DNA of 64,000 nucleotides from Candidatus Aldehydirespiratoraceae bacterium (lineage in GTDB: Bacteria; Actinomycetota; Acidimicrobiia; Acidimicrobiales; Aldehydirespiratoraceae): assembly GCA_965204595.1 (NCBI GenBank), contig CBDBEW010000005.1, forward strand, positions 742,565 through 806,564. Reading direction: 5' to 3'. Position 1 is the first letter of the stretch. The number at the start of each line of letters is the position of its first letter. The position numbers and the translations under genes are program-made. Under the pieces are notes generated by a model. The model saw only the letters and a list, made by a program, of their open reading frames with translations. It made no database searches and was not told the origin of the DNA. Below, piece by piece: positions 46,453 through 55,785 of the stretch.

Positions 46453-47098
46453 GGTTGCCCTCCTGCGAGGCGGCTTCTGATCCGAGGATAGCCAAAGATA
46501 AGATCTTTAGGTCAAGTTTATGCAGGGTTATTCAACTTGACATAACCCAGTTCCGCCTAGACATCATAGTGTTGATGGTGATCAGAGTGGAGTCACCTTA
46601 CTTGCTTCTGCTCAGGCTTGCCCCCCTAACCCGGCCCCATTAGGGACGGAGGAGGGCGTGACAGACTTGGCCGTTGATGAGGCTGTTTATCGGGTTGCTG
46701 CCCCAGTCCGACTCACAGAGGGATTTGCCATGTCGTCGGTACAGTGGATCACCCTCAACAGCGAAGGCCCTGTATCGGGTCCAACTTCATGGACTACCTG
46801 ATCACCACCGTATGGAAGATGTCCTGCTTAGAACGGCTGGAGACTGTGTCACTGTCGCCCGAGCAATCGATCGGGCTAAAGGAATCGGCGAGTCGGCCAC
46901 CGTCAGATCAACTGCCACCATCGTCACGGTGGCACCGCTGTTGAAGAGCTCCCTAAGGTGTGTTGAGCATGCGGAGGGCGACGCGGCTCGGGACAGCGAC
47001 CACTAAACTTGGAGAGGTGGCGGAATCTTGGTTCCACTGCCGTTTGCACTGTTGTGTTGTCTGTGCTAATATGACTTGGATGCTAGAAGGAGCCATCG

Positions 47099-47329
47099 AT
47101 GACTGACCACGCAATCACTAAGCTCGCCGACGCGCTTGAACAGGACGGCCAGGAAACCCTTCCTATGTCTATCGACGCAATGGCGACTAGGTGGGTGCCT
47201 GAAATGAGCACGACCCATCCATGCTGTCCATTGACCCGCACTACTAATGCCAACTGTCCGCCCCCGAGACAGCCTACTAACGTTCAGAGGTGTCCTCTCC
47301 AGAAACCACCCGACCCTCTGTCCACATGA
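47099..47329 (+). CDS. Candidate lanthipeptide precursor (LanA-like), Pro/Thr/Cys-rich C-terminus
   Basis: 76 aa. AAGGAG RBS 7 nt upstream, and the ORF ends 38 nt before lanM. The putative core TTHPCCPLTRTTNANCPPPRQPTNVQRCPLQKPPDPLST has 4 Cys and many Thr/Ser. There is no GG/GA leader cleavage motif. Confidence 0.45.
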   Translation: MTDHAITKLADALEQDGQETLPMSIDAMATRWVPEMSTTHPCCPLTRTTNANCPPPRQPTNVQRCPLQKPPDPLST

Positions 47330-47367
47330 TGGACTGCACTATATAACACCACGCTGGGGCAAATCAC

Positions 47368-50109
47368 GTGGTGTTCTGGACTCCAGTCACAGAAGATGGT
47401 GCCCCGGTCTTTGAACAGATACTAGAGCCACTCGCTCAACGTGTTTGGGATTCAATTGCTGAAGCTTCGAGCGATCTTGCACTAAATCGATCGGATGTCT
47501 TCAAGGACACGATCCTTCGATTATCGGCCGTGTTGGCTGACCCGATCTATCGTCGGTTTTCGTCGATGCGAGAAGCTCACGTTCGATTATCTCATACGTT
47601 TCACTACAGCAGCTTCGAAGATGAACTCCTAAATGGAGGACTCGATGCGCTCTTGGCGAAGCGACCCTCCCTTAGACACTTGCTTGAACGTGTTTTAATC
47701 AACGCGGCTGACGCTTGGAAGGAGCTTGCACATGCCATCACAGATGATCGGGTGCCACTAGCGAACGGCGGATTCATCAGCTCTTCCACTGAGCCAATAG
47801 AGAGTTTGACTCCTAGGGAAAGTGACTTTCACGACGGTGGTCGATCGGCCACTAGGGTGCATTTCTCCTCTGGTGAGTTGTACTACAAGCCGCGGTCCGG
47901 TGCCGCAGATCAGATCTGGAATGCACTGCTAGACGAAGTCGGTTCAATCCTCGGTATCAATCTACCAACAACGAACACTCTTGATCGTGGAAGTCACTAC
48001 TGGTCGACCGTCATAGAACCGTTCAAAGAACACGGTTCTCTCAATGACTACTACACGCAACTGGGAATCCTAGCCTTTCTCGTGTATATATTTCAGGGGA
48101 TTGACTTCCACTGTGAGAACCTAATTGCGTCGCGCTACGGACCGATATTAGTCGATCTTGAAGGTCTATTGCACCCAAGCGCACTTCCAGATGCAGCATT
48201 GGATCCCGCAACATCAATGACCTTTATGCGTCTCACACAATCAGTGGTTAGCACTGGCCTTTTGCCGTGTTCGTTGGAACGCGCTGGCCAAAACGCCTCA
48301 TTCGGCGGGATGAATCCGCCGATTCCGGTCCAATCTCAGCGGGTGTCACCAGTTGACGCTCACACAAGTGAAATGACGTTCCAACCTCAACAAATCACCG
48401 CCTATTGGATGGATCATACACCGTTGGTCGAGGTTGACGAGTTCGAATGCAACCATATTGACGCAATCCTCGGCGGATTCCGACGAGCATACGAAGCGTG
48501 TTATCGTGGCAGCATTGATAGTGCTATCAGCAGAGCGTTCGAAGCCTTCGAAGATGTAGAGCTTAGGTTCATAGCGCGTCCTACAGCATTCTATTTCAAT
48601 GCACTACACGAGTTGCTTACTGCCGTTTACGATAATCATGAAATAGACATACGCGGACTCTTGACGAGACATTTGAAGTCTTTACCAGACATCGGGGTGA
48701 GTGATGAGTTCGTCGAGGCGGAGGTTGCAGCACTAGCGCAGTTCGATATTCCGCGATTCGTGAGGGCCGGCGGTGATCGATTTGCGCGATCTGCTGGCAC
48801 GTTGATTTCTGACATTGGCAGAATTGAGGCTCCGCTTGCGACGGCGCGAGAGCGGCTAAGTCGGCTGTCAGCAACCGATCTGGAGTTTCAGGAATCAGTA
48901 ATCTACGCGTCGTTCGGCAATCTTCGAAAAGTTGAACCACGCGATCCCTCAGCAGGCGCGTACCTGAGTGACTCGGAGATGCTTGAGGCTTCTGTTGACT
49001 GCGGTCGAACTGTCCTTGCGGCGAGCGTCCACAGCGAGAAGGAGATCGCATGGCTCGCTGCGACGGCCACGGCTCAACGTAGCACGTCAATGATCGTATG
49101 TGGACTCGACCTGTACGAAGGGCTGAGTGGGATCGCTGTCTTCCTTGGCGAACTCTATGAGGTGACTGGAGAGAAGGAATTCAAGGAGGGAGCCATCCGG
49201 TGCGTAGATACCATCAGATGCCGACTCCAGAACGAGCGCTCAGGTTTGGGAGTTGGTGGGGGAACAGGTGTCGGAGGAATATTGTATGCAATGTCGCGTC
49301 TTTCGGCGAGCCTCCCAGAGTCATGCGCTCCCGAGGTTGGATCGTTGCTATGTGGCGAACTGACAACTGAGATGATTGTAGCGGACAAGTCTTTTGATCT
49401 CATCGAAGGTTGTGCCGGCCTCCTGCTTGGCCTCATTTCCTTTCGACGGATTCAGAGACATGATGCTCACGAGGAGGCTTGCATTGAGACTTTGTTGTTG
49501 GCACTGAGGGATGCTAAGAGACAAGGGCTCCCGTCATGGCAGACTTTCGATTCGGGTCGCAGTCAGTCGGGTATGGCGCACGGCTCCAGCGGAATAGCGA
49601 TGGCGCTTGCACGCCGTTACTCGTTGTCGAGTAGCAAACGTGTACTTCAAGCTATAGAAAATGCTCTGTCCTTCGACAATTGTTCCGACTTTACTTGCGG
49701 CTCAGTACCCGTTCAATGGTGTTATGGAGCACCCGGGATTGCCCTAGCTCATTGGTCGATTGGACAAGACGTACCTGACTTGCAAAGACGAGTACGTGCT
49801 TCAGTTGATCGCGCGCAGAATCACACAGGTTCAGTAGTCGGCAATGTGACAGATGGCCTTTGCTGTGGTGATCTGGGACGAGCAGCGGCACTGTTTCACA
49901 CTGGCGACCGCAGCGGAACAACTGAACCGGGGTGGCGGACGATCATTGCCAACGTCTGCCGAGGACAACAGAAGAAAGGGACATTTCGTTGGAGCGCGGG
50001 AAATGACTCACTCAACCCAGGCTTGTACGTAGGAATTAGCGGAATAGGATTAGAACTCCTGAGAATGAGTATGTCAAGGGGAGGAGTCTCACCGCTGATC
50101 TTTAGGTAA
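47368..50109 (+). CDS. lanM: Class II lanthipeptide synthetase (LanM), CCG zinc-site variant
   Basis: 913 aa. Dehydratase-domain motif GIDFHCENLIASRYGPILVDLE. C-terminal LanC-like motifs SGMAHGSSGIAMAL, QWCYGAPGIALA and GLCCGDLG (Cys-Cys instead of Cys-His, codons at 49861-49869). Confidence 0.85.
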   Translation: MVFWTPVTEDGAPVFEQILEPLAQRVWDSIAEASSDLALNRSDVFKDTILRLSAVLADPIYRRFSSMREAHVRLSHTFHYSSFEDELLNGGLDALLAKRPSLRHLLERVLINAADAWKELAHAITDDRVPLANGGFISSSTEPIESLTPRESDFHDGGRSATRVHFSSGELYYKPRSGAADQIWNALLDEVGSILGINLPTTNTLDRGSHYWSTVIEPFKEHGSLNDYYTQLGILAFLVYIFQGIDFHCENLIASRYGPILVDLEGLLHPSALPDAALDPATSMTFMRLTQSVVSTGLLPCSLERAGQNASFGGMNPPIPVQSQRVSPVDAHTSEMTFQPQQITAYWMDHTPLVEVDEFECNHIDAILGGFRRAYEACYRGSIDSAISRAFEAFEDVELRFIARPTAFYFNALHELLTAVYDNHEIDIRGLLTRHLKSLPDIGVSDEFVEAEVAALAQFDIPRFVRAGGDRFARSAGTLISDIGRIEAPLATARERLSRLSATDLEFQESVIYASFGNLRKVEPRDPSAGAYLSDSEMLEASVDCGRTVLAASVHSEKEIAWLAATATAQRSTSMIVCGLDLYEGLSGIAVFLGELYEVTGEKEFKEGAIRCVDTIRCRLQNERSGLGVGGGTGVGGILYAMSRLSASLPESCAPEVGSLLCGELTTEMIVADKSFDLIEGCAGLLLGLISFRRIQRHDAHEEACIETLLLALRDAKRQGLPSWQTFDSGRSQSGMAHGSSGIAMALARRYSLSSSKRVLQAIENALSFDNCSDFTCGSVPVQWCYGAPGIALAHWSIGQDVPDLQRRVRASVDRAQNHTGSVVGNVTDGLCCGDLGRAAALFHTGDRSGTTEPGWRTIIANVCRGQQKKGTFRWSAGNDSLNPGLYVGISGIGLELLRMSMSRGGVSPLIFR

Positions 50110-50559
50110 TTGGGTCAAGTGGGAACGCATCTGTGCGTCAACGTCCGCGACCAAGACACCATCAGCTTAGTTTACGTGCGGAACCCGAACCTCGACAACA
50201 ACGACACCGACAACGACTGGGTCAATGTTGCGGTCACCAAAGACACGGCCGTCACCGCCGCGTCAGCCCCGAATGATGGACCGCAACAAACTCGTCCACT
50301 TGAATTGGGGTCTCCCACGGGCATCGGAGCTGCTCGTGTCCTCGACAAGACAGTCGACGAGCTCGGACATCTCGGCGCGGACCTCAGTGGTCTCCAAATC
50401 AGTCCCGCAGACTGGGACGCTCATCGTCAATTACCCTTCGTTATCCAGATCAAAGGTCAACCGCTAACACTGATCCCGCTCACAGGCCACAATGTCGTCT
50501 GTTTGGCTGCTTACAGCACCAATTCTGGGGATCCCTTTAGGCTTGTTGTATGTCTGTAA
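50110..50559 (+). CDS. Hypothetical protein
   Basis: 149-aa ORF (TTG start in the track) immediately after lanM. No recognisable motif. The start is uncertain. Confidence 0.3.
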   Translation: MGQVGTHLCVNVRDQDTISLVYVRNPNLDNNDTDNDWVNVAVTKDTAVTAASAPNDGPQQTRPLELGSPTGIGAARVLDKTVDELGHLGADLSGLQISPADWDAHRQLPFVIQIKGQPLTLIPLTGHNVVCLAAYSTNSGDPFRLVVCL

Positions 50560-50687
50560 ATGTTCAACAGATTACTGGCGTTGCGCGATCGATGTCAGAG
50601 TTGTTGTCGAATACGCGGTTTGGACTTGATTTTTCCCAACACGAATATAGTTGGGGTGAGGCACAGGTTGGTGAGTTGCTTGATGAT
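50550..50687 (+). pseudogene. DUF262 (GmrSD/SspE-type N-terminal domain) gene, 5' 46 codons only, cut by the IS1182-like element
   Basis: MSVNVQQITGVARSMSELLSNTRFGLDFSQHEYSWGEAQVGELLDD resembles the start of DUF262 domains (..IP.YQR.Y.W....V..LL.D). The reading frame stops exactly at the IS left end (50688). Confidence 0.45.
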
Positions 50688-52581
50688 CTAGGAGACTGTT
50701 GAGCAAACGGGTTGTGGGGGTTGTGTTGGGGGTTGTTGGGTTGCGGCGGGTGTGCTGGGGTGTGGGCGCGGCGTTTGGTTGGGGTTGCTCACGCCGACGA
50801 TTCGTCGCCGGGGTGTGCTGGTGTGTGGGCGCGGTGTCTGGTTGGGGGTTAGTGGGCGGCTGGGAGGGTGAATTGGTGGCCGTTGTGGCTGATTTTGAGG
50901 TTGGTGAGGCGTACGAGGTTGACGGTGGCGGCTCTGTTGGTGAGCCATAGATGGTTGGCGGCGGTGCCGCGGTAGGGGACGCGTCTGGCTTTGCCTCGGG
51001 CGAGCCAGGCGATGCTTCTTTCGACCATGGGCCGGTGGCGGCGGTAGGCGGCTTGGGTGGCGGGGCTGCGCCAGCGGGCCTTGTTGGTCTGGCGGTGGGG
51101 TTCGTGGGCGTCCACGGCGACGTTGCGGCCCCGTTTCGAGGTGGTGCAGCGGGTGCGCAGCGGGCAGGCGGCGCATAGTTTGCCGAAGCGGGCCGCGCCC
51201 GAGGTGACTGGGCGGGTGTGGCCGGCGGGGCAGGTCACGGTCTGGGAGTCGGTGTCGATGCTGAATTCGTCTCGGGTGAAGCCTCCCGCTATGGGTGCTC
51301 TGCGCTCGATGGGTTTGATGGCGGTGTCCCACCCGGCGCCGGTGAAGGATTCGAGCGCCGCGCCCGACGCGTACGCCGAGTCCGCCAACACCAGCCAGCC
51401 GTCGCTGGTGGTGTCGGTGTTGTCGGTGTCGGTGCTGGTGGCGTCGCTGTTGGTGGTGTCGGTGCTGGTGGCGTCGCTGTCGGTGTCGGTGTTGTCGCCG
51501 GTGTTGGTGGTGTTGGTGTTGTCGTTGGTGGTGTGGTGGGTGGGGTCGCTGTGGAGTAGCCGGGCACCGACTTGGGCGTCTGAGGCTTCGGCTGTTGTGA
51601 GTTCTGCGGCGGTGATGATGCCGGTGTCGGGCTCTGCGACGATGTGGGCCTTGTAGCCGTCGACGCGGCGGCTGCGGGTCTTGCGGGCGTGGCGGGCGTC
51701 GGGATCCACCGTGGAGATCACCCGGCCCGCAGCGACACCGCGCGCGATGCGCCAGCGTCCCGGCACCTCGGGGTCGGCCTCGACGTCTTGGCCCGCCACC
51801 GCCGCGAGCAGCCCCACAGCGTCGGCTTGCGCGTCTGTGAGGTCCAAGCCACCAACGGCGGCCAGCACCGCGGCCGCGTCGTGGACCAGCTCATCGACGA
51901 GCCGGGCCCGCTCGGCGGGGTCAGACCAATCACACGACAGCCCTGCTGTGCCGCTGTCGTAGTCGTGTGTCAACTCCACCGCAGCGGCCGCATCGATCAA
52001 CCGCCGGCAGCGCCGTATCGCCGCGGCGATCATCGTGTAGGTGTCCTGAGTCGCCACCGCGTCGCACAGCACCGTGGAGTCCAACGCCCTTCGGCGGCCA
52101 GACAACGCCCCGCACTCAGCGGCCAGCTCGCGCACCGCGTCGAACACCCGCTCGGGACGAGTGCTGGCACGCAGCCGCGCCCGCCACAACGACAGCACAC
52201 TGTAATGGAACCCCCCATCGTCGACCGCCAGACCCGCCGCGGCCTTCCAACGCAGATCACACCGCAGCCGCTCCACCGCCTCACGATCAGAACACCCCTC
52301 CAAAGCCTGCAACACCAGCACCGTCGCCACCACCGACCCAGGAACCTACCGACGGCCCCGACCACCGAACAGATCGGCGAACAACCCGTCACCAAACAGC
52401 CTCAGCCGATGCTCAGCCAAAAACCGGTACACCGACCCCTCCCGCACCAAACCCCAACACAAGCCCAACACATCCAACAACTCCCGATCCATACTCTCAG
52501 TACCCTGCATAACCCCCATCATCCCACACCCACCACACAAACGCGAGCACCCCAAACCCGAATTACTCAACACACTCCTAG
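50688..52581 (-). mobile_element. IS1182-family-like insertion sequence (1894 bp)
   Basis: Imperfect terminal inverted repeats CTAGGAGACTGTTGAGCAAACGGGTTGTGGGG (from 50688) and reverse complement CTAGGAGTGTGTTGAGTAATTCGGGTTTGGGG (ending at 52581) enclose one long DDE-transposase reading frame. Confidence 0.8.
50849..52510 (-). pseudogene. IS1182-family transposase with in-frame TAG and a T/D/N-rich repeat insert
   Basis: MQGTESMDRELLDVLGLCWGLVREGSVYRFLAEHRLRLFGDGLFADLFGGRGRR*VPGSVVATVLVLQALEGCSDREAVERLRCDLRWKAAAGL... The TAG at 52346-52348 is in frame. The insert ..TNDNTNTTNTGDNTDTDSDATSTDTTNSDATSTDTDNTDTTSDG.. is encoded by 30-bp tandem units at 51425-51484. Confidence 0.75.
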
Positions 52582-52894
52582 GTGCAGTAACCGGAAGCGT
52601 CACGGGCATCTCGTGGACAATCCAGCCGTCCATGTCCAGTGCACAGGATTCGCGCTCGCCATCGTGAACATGCGCTCGATGGTAGATCGCTGACTGTCGC
52701 GAGGCCGGTCTAGCGAACATGATCGGGTTCGGATGGACATCACTGGCAATAACTACCGGTCGCCCGCTCCCTCCGGTGTGCTCCGAGAAGAGTCGACCAT
52801 CGGGCCTGCTCACATCCTCGTGTGGCAGGCAGAACCAGCACTCGGGGCCGTATTCGAAGCCAGCCCCTAGCTCTCGCCGTAGCTGATCCCACAC
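52582..52894 (-). pseudogene. 5' fragment of an unknown gene truncated by the IS (weak MazF/PemK-like resemblance)
   Basis: MWDQLRRELGAGFEYGPECWFCLPHEDVSRPDGRLFSEHTGGSGRPVVIASDVHPNPIMFARPASRQ...CALDMDGWIVHE runs straight into the IS right end. The G.RPVVI.S...N.....ARP.S pattern only loosely recalls PemK-family toxins. Confidence 0.3.
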
Positions 52895-53089
52895 CGTTAA
52901 AGAGAGCCGTTCTTTGACACGACATTACATTTCAGATTGATAGTTGTCACCCTCTCACACTATTGCGCTTAGACGTAAATAACTCTCGCGCTAGCACTCG
53001 CTATCTCGCCCGACTACAGCGGAATGCTTTGGGTCGAATTGTGATGTCGCAATTTGTTATGAAGTGGTGGAATTGTGGCATAATGTGGC

Positions 53090-53362
53090 GTGGCCAAAGA
53101 TCGGGTGCTTGACAAACTTGAAGGTGCTTTCTTAAAGAGTCGGGCGAGGTTGTTGGCGACCGAAAGGGGTCGTTGGGCTTTGTTTGTGCAACCTAATGAT
53201 GGGCGCCGCAAACCCGAATACGTAGGGTGTTTTGATGACGAACAGCAAGCCTGCGATGCTGGTTTTCGCAACAGTGTTGGCAAACGGTTTCTAGTGCAAG
53301 AAGTGGTGGAAAATGAGCGAGTCGTCAGTGTCCCGTGGGCGGTTTTGGCCGACGACCGCTGA
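53090..53362 (+). CDS. Small hypothetical protein (DUF5678-like pattern), partner of the aspartic protease
   Basis: 90 aa. ..ERGRWALFVQPNDGRRKPEYVGCFDDEQQACDAGFRNSVGKRFLVQEV.. resembles the small proteins (G.WVA....... G.F....A...G.......FL...V) that commonly precede retropepsin-like genes. Confidence 0.4.
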   Translation: MAKDRVLDKLEGAFLKSRARLLATERGRWALFVQPNDGRRKPEYVGCFDDEQQACDAGFRNSVGKRFLVQEVVENERVVSVPWAVLADDR

Positions 53363-53810
53363 CGCGGACGACCGTTGCTGTGTCTCTGGTTCAATAGGGG
53401 GCAGGGGACCAGTTCTTGACGTTGAGATTCGGTTACCCGTTAGCGAACTAGAGCGCTATCGAGTTGAAGGTAAAGGGCGCATCGAACCACTCCCATACCG
53501 AGCACGCGCCATCATCGATACGGGAGCAGAACGCACCTGCATTCGTGCGCGCACTGCTGCGACCCTGCTTGTTGACCCCGTAAGTCGTTCTCTAATGTCA
53601 AGCGCATTTGGCTTGGCTGAACGGGATGTTTTTTGCTTGAGTTTGCAGCTCGGACTGACTTTGGAGCGTCTGCCAGCACCTATCGAAGTGTTCGCTCATT
53701 CTGTGCCAGAAATCTTGGGTGCGGAGTTGTTGATCGGTCTCGATGTGCTCTCACAATGCGAGCTAACTCTTTTTGGCCCCGAAAGACGGTTCGAATTGCT
53801 CCTCCCATGA
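53313..53810 (+). CDS. Retropepsin-like (clan AA) aspartic protease
   Basis: Catalytic AIIDTGAERTCI (DTGA) and flap/dimer segment LIGLDVLSQCELTL. The true start is probably downstream of 53313, since the track start overlaps the preceding gene by 50 nt. Confidence 0.6.
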   Translation: MSESSVSRGRFWPTTADADDRCCVSGSIGGRGPVLDVEIRLPVSELERYRVEGKGRIEPLPYRARAIIDTGAERTCIRARTAATLLVDPVSRSLMSSAFGLAERDVFCLSLQLGLTLERLPAPIEVFAHSVPEILGAELLIGLDVLSQCELTLFGPERRFELLLP

Positions 53811-54045
53811 TCTGAGCCACGGCTGCGGCGGGCATACTCTACTACTATCGGCTATCCTGAATGATTTTACTCAAGTATCCGCTAGCCACGTAATAGCTGC
53901 ATTTTGGCCGCTAGCAGTTCTACACCCACTGCAACAATCAGGCAAGAGATCAACTTCGAAAGGCAGATGGTGCGGGTGCCATATGTGAAGCAACGCAGGA
54001 GGCGTTGATTGGAGCAGCAACCAGAGTGCGGATATGCGCTCTGAC

Positions 54046-55473
54046 TCACCAGTCGGTGGCGATGTACTGAGTTTCGCAGAACTCGTAGATCCCCTCGCCG
54101 GCCCCCTCGCGGCCCAGACCCGACTGTTTCATGCCTCCGAAGGGAGCGGCCGGGTCGGAGACTGCGCCGCGATTGAGACCGATCATCCCAGCGTGGATGC
54201 GTTCGCTGACCCGCAGTCCGCGGGCTAAGTCACGCGTGTAGACGTAACCGGTGAGTCCCATCTCGGTGTCGTTGGCCTGATCGATCATCGCGTCGATGTC
54301 GTCGAACGGGATTATCGGCGCCACCGGCCCGAAGATCTCCTCACGGGCGATCGGGAAACCATGGTCGACCCGTTCCAGTACCGTCGGCTCGTAGAAGAAG
54401 CCGGGACCGTCGACCGGCGCACCCCCGATCACCGCGTTGGCGCCGGCCGCGACCGCGCCCTTCACCAGCCCGTCGATGTCTTCAATCGCACGTGCGTTGA
54501 TCATCGGCCCGCAGGTGACCGACTCGTCAAAGCCGCTTCCGACCTTCACGGCGGCCATCGCCTCAGCGAGAGCGGCCGTGAACTCAGCGGCGATACCGGA
54601 CTCCACGTAGAAGCGGTTCGCGGCCGTGCAAGTCTCCGCCGAGTGCCTCATCTTGGCGACCATGGCACCGTCGACTGCGGCCTCGAGATCGGCATCGTTG
54701 AACACGACGAACGGGGCGTTGCCCCCGAGTTCCATCACGGTCTTGAGCACCCGGTCCGCGCAGCGGCGCAGCAGCATTCTGCCGACCTCGGTGGAACCTG
54801 TGAACGAGACCATCCGGGTGTGCGTGTTGTCGACCGCGGCATCGAACCATGCCCCGGAATCCGTTGTCGCCACGATGTTGACCAGCCCCGGGGGCAGCCC
54901 CGCCTCCTCTAGGAGTTCGCCGACCCGAAGTGCCGTGAGGGGCGTCTCGCGTGGAGGCTTGACGACCACCGCGTTGCCGGCGCCGAGTGCGGGCGCCAGT
55001 TTCCGGGTGATCATGGCAGCCGGGAAGTTCCAGGGGGTCACCATGACCACCACGCCCATCGGCGGGTGATGCACGATCATCTTCTTGTCGCCGCCCGGAG
55101 ACGTGCTCAGCGACCCGGCGATGCGCACCGTCTCCTCAGCGTTCCATCGGAAGAACTCCGCGGCGTAGGCGACTTCGCCCTTGGCATCCGCGAGCGGCTT
55201 GCCGTGCTCCTCGACGATCAATGCGGCCAGTTCCTCAGTGTGGTCGACCAGCGACTGCCAGGCTGCCCGCAGGATCTCGGACCGCACACGCGGCGCGGTC
55301 TCGGCCCAGCCCCGTTGAGCCTCGGCCGCCACATCCACGGCGCGTGAGGCATCGCCCGCGGTCCCCGCGGCCACGTCGGTGATCGGCTCACCCGTGGCTG
55401 GGTTGAGCACCACGATCCGTTCGCCGTCAGTGCCGTCGACCCGCTCGCCCCCGATCAGCAGTCCCGTATCCAT
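54046..55473 (-). CDS. gabD: NAD(P)-dependent succinate-semialdehyde / aldehyde dehydrogenase
   Basis: 475 aa. VTPWNFP, VMELGGNAP (catalytic Glu), FANRFYVE-like CTAANRFYV (catalytic Cys), EEIFGPV and GGMKQSGLGREG are standard ALDH/GabD motifs. Confidence 0.8.
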   Translation of the reverse strand: MDTGLLIGGERVDGTDGERIVVLNPATGEPITDVAAGTAGDASRAVDVAAEAQRGWAETAPRVRSEILRAAWQSLVDHTEELAALIVEEHGKPLADAKGEVAYAAEFFRWNAEETVRIAGSLSTSPGGDKKMIVHHPPMGVVVMVTPWNFPAAMITRKLAPALGAGNAVVVKPPRETPLTALRVGELLEEAGLPPGLVNIVATTDSGAWFDAAVDNTHTRMVSFTGSTEVGRMLLRRCADRVLKTVMELGGNAPFVVFNDADLEAAVDGAMVAKMRHSAETCTAANRFYVESGIAAEFTAALAEAMAAVKVGSGFDESVTCGPMINARAIEDIDGLVKGAVAAGANAVIGGAPVDGPGFFYEPTVLERVDHGFPIAREEIFGPVAPIIPFDDIDAMIDQANDTEMGLTGYVYTRDLARGLRVSERIHAGMIGLNRGAVSDPAAPFGGMKQSGLGREGAGEGIYEFCETQYIATDW

Positions 55474-55514
55474 TCCGTCTCCCTTATCGCCAGAGTCCCC
55501 GTTGCTAGAGAAGT

Positions 55515-55770
55515 CTAGGAGATTGTTGACTAATTTGGTGATGAGTTCGTGTCGGCGTTGCGGGCGGTGGGCGGTGCTAGAGAATGCTAGGACAGTGTTG
55601 CGCTATCCGCTTGGGGTGCTCGCGATTGTGGTGGTGCGTGAGTGTTGGGGGTATGCATGGAACCGAGAGTCCAGTTCGGGAGTTGTTGGATGTGTTGGAT
55701 TTTTGTGGGTGTTGGTGCGGTAGGGTTCGGTGTATTGGTGTTGGTGGAGAAGCGGTTACAGATTTGAACG
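55515..55770 (+). mobile_element. Solo end remnant(s) of the IS1182-like element
   Basis: CTAGGAGATTGTTGACTAATTTGG at 55515 and CTAGGACAGTGTTGCGCTATCCGCTTGGGGTGCTCGCG at 55587 both mimic the IS terminal repeat. A decayed copy of the transposase start follows (MHGTESPVRELLDVLDFCG.. versus MQGTESMDRELLDVLGLCW..). Confidence 0.7.
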
Positions 55771-55785
55771 GTTAACCTTCCTACG

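Noticed and set aside
46453-47098. ORFs at 46674-47006 and 46744-46944 in the long spacer before the lanthipeptide locus
   Set aside because: They have no motifs, no RBS and a mixed composition. Six-frame reading shows only scattered stops and possible gene debris. A small palindrome (gggttat..ataaccc) may be an operator for the divergent aldo/keto reductase and GntR genes, but this is unsupported.
50688-51332. 214-aa Pro-rich ORF, plus the 349-aa plus-strand ORF at 51644-52693
   Set aside because: Both are alternative-frame or antisense readings of the IS1182-like transposase gene. They show extreme P/R/T/H bias and no motifs.
53785-53800. tRNA-like T-arm string (ggttcgaattgc)
   Set aside because: It does not match GGTTCGAATCC. 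No acceptor stem or anticodon arm can be built around it, and it lies inside the protease CDS. No tRNA or rRNA genes were recognised in the window.
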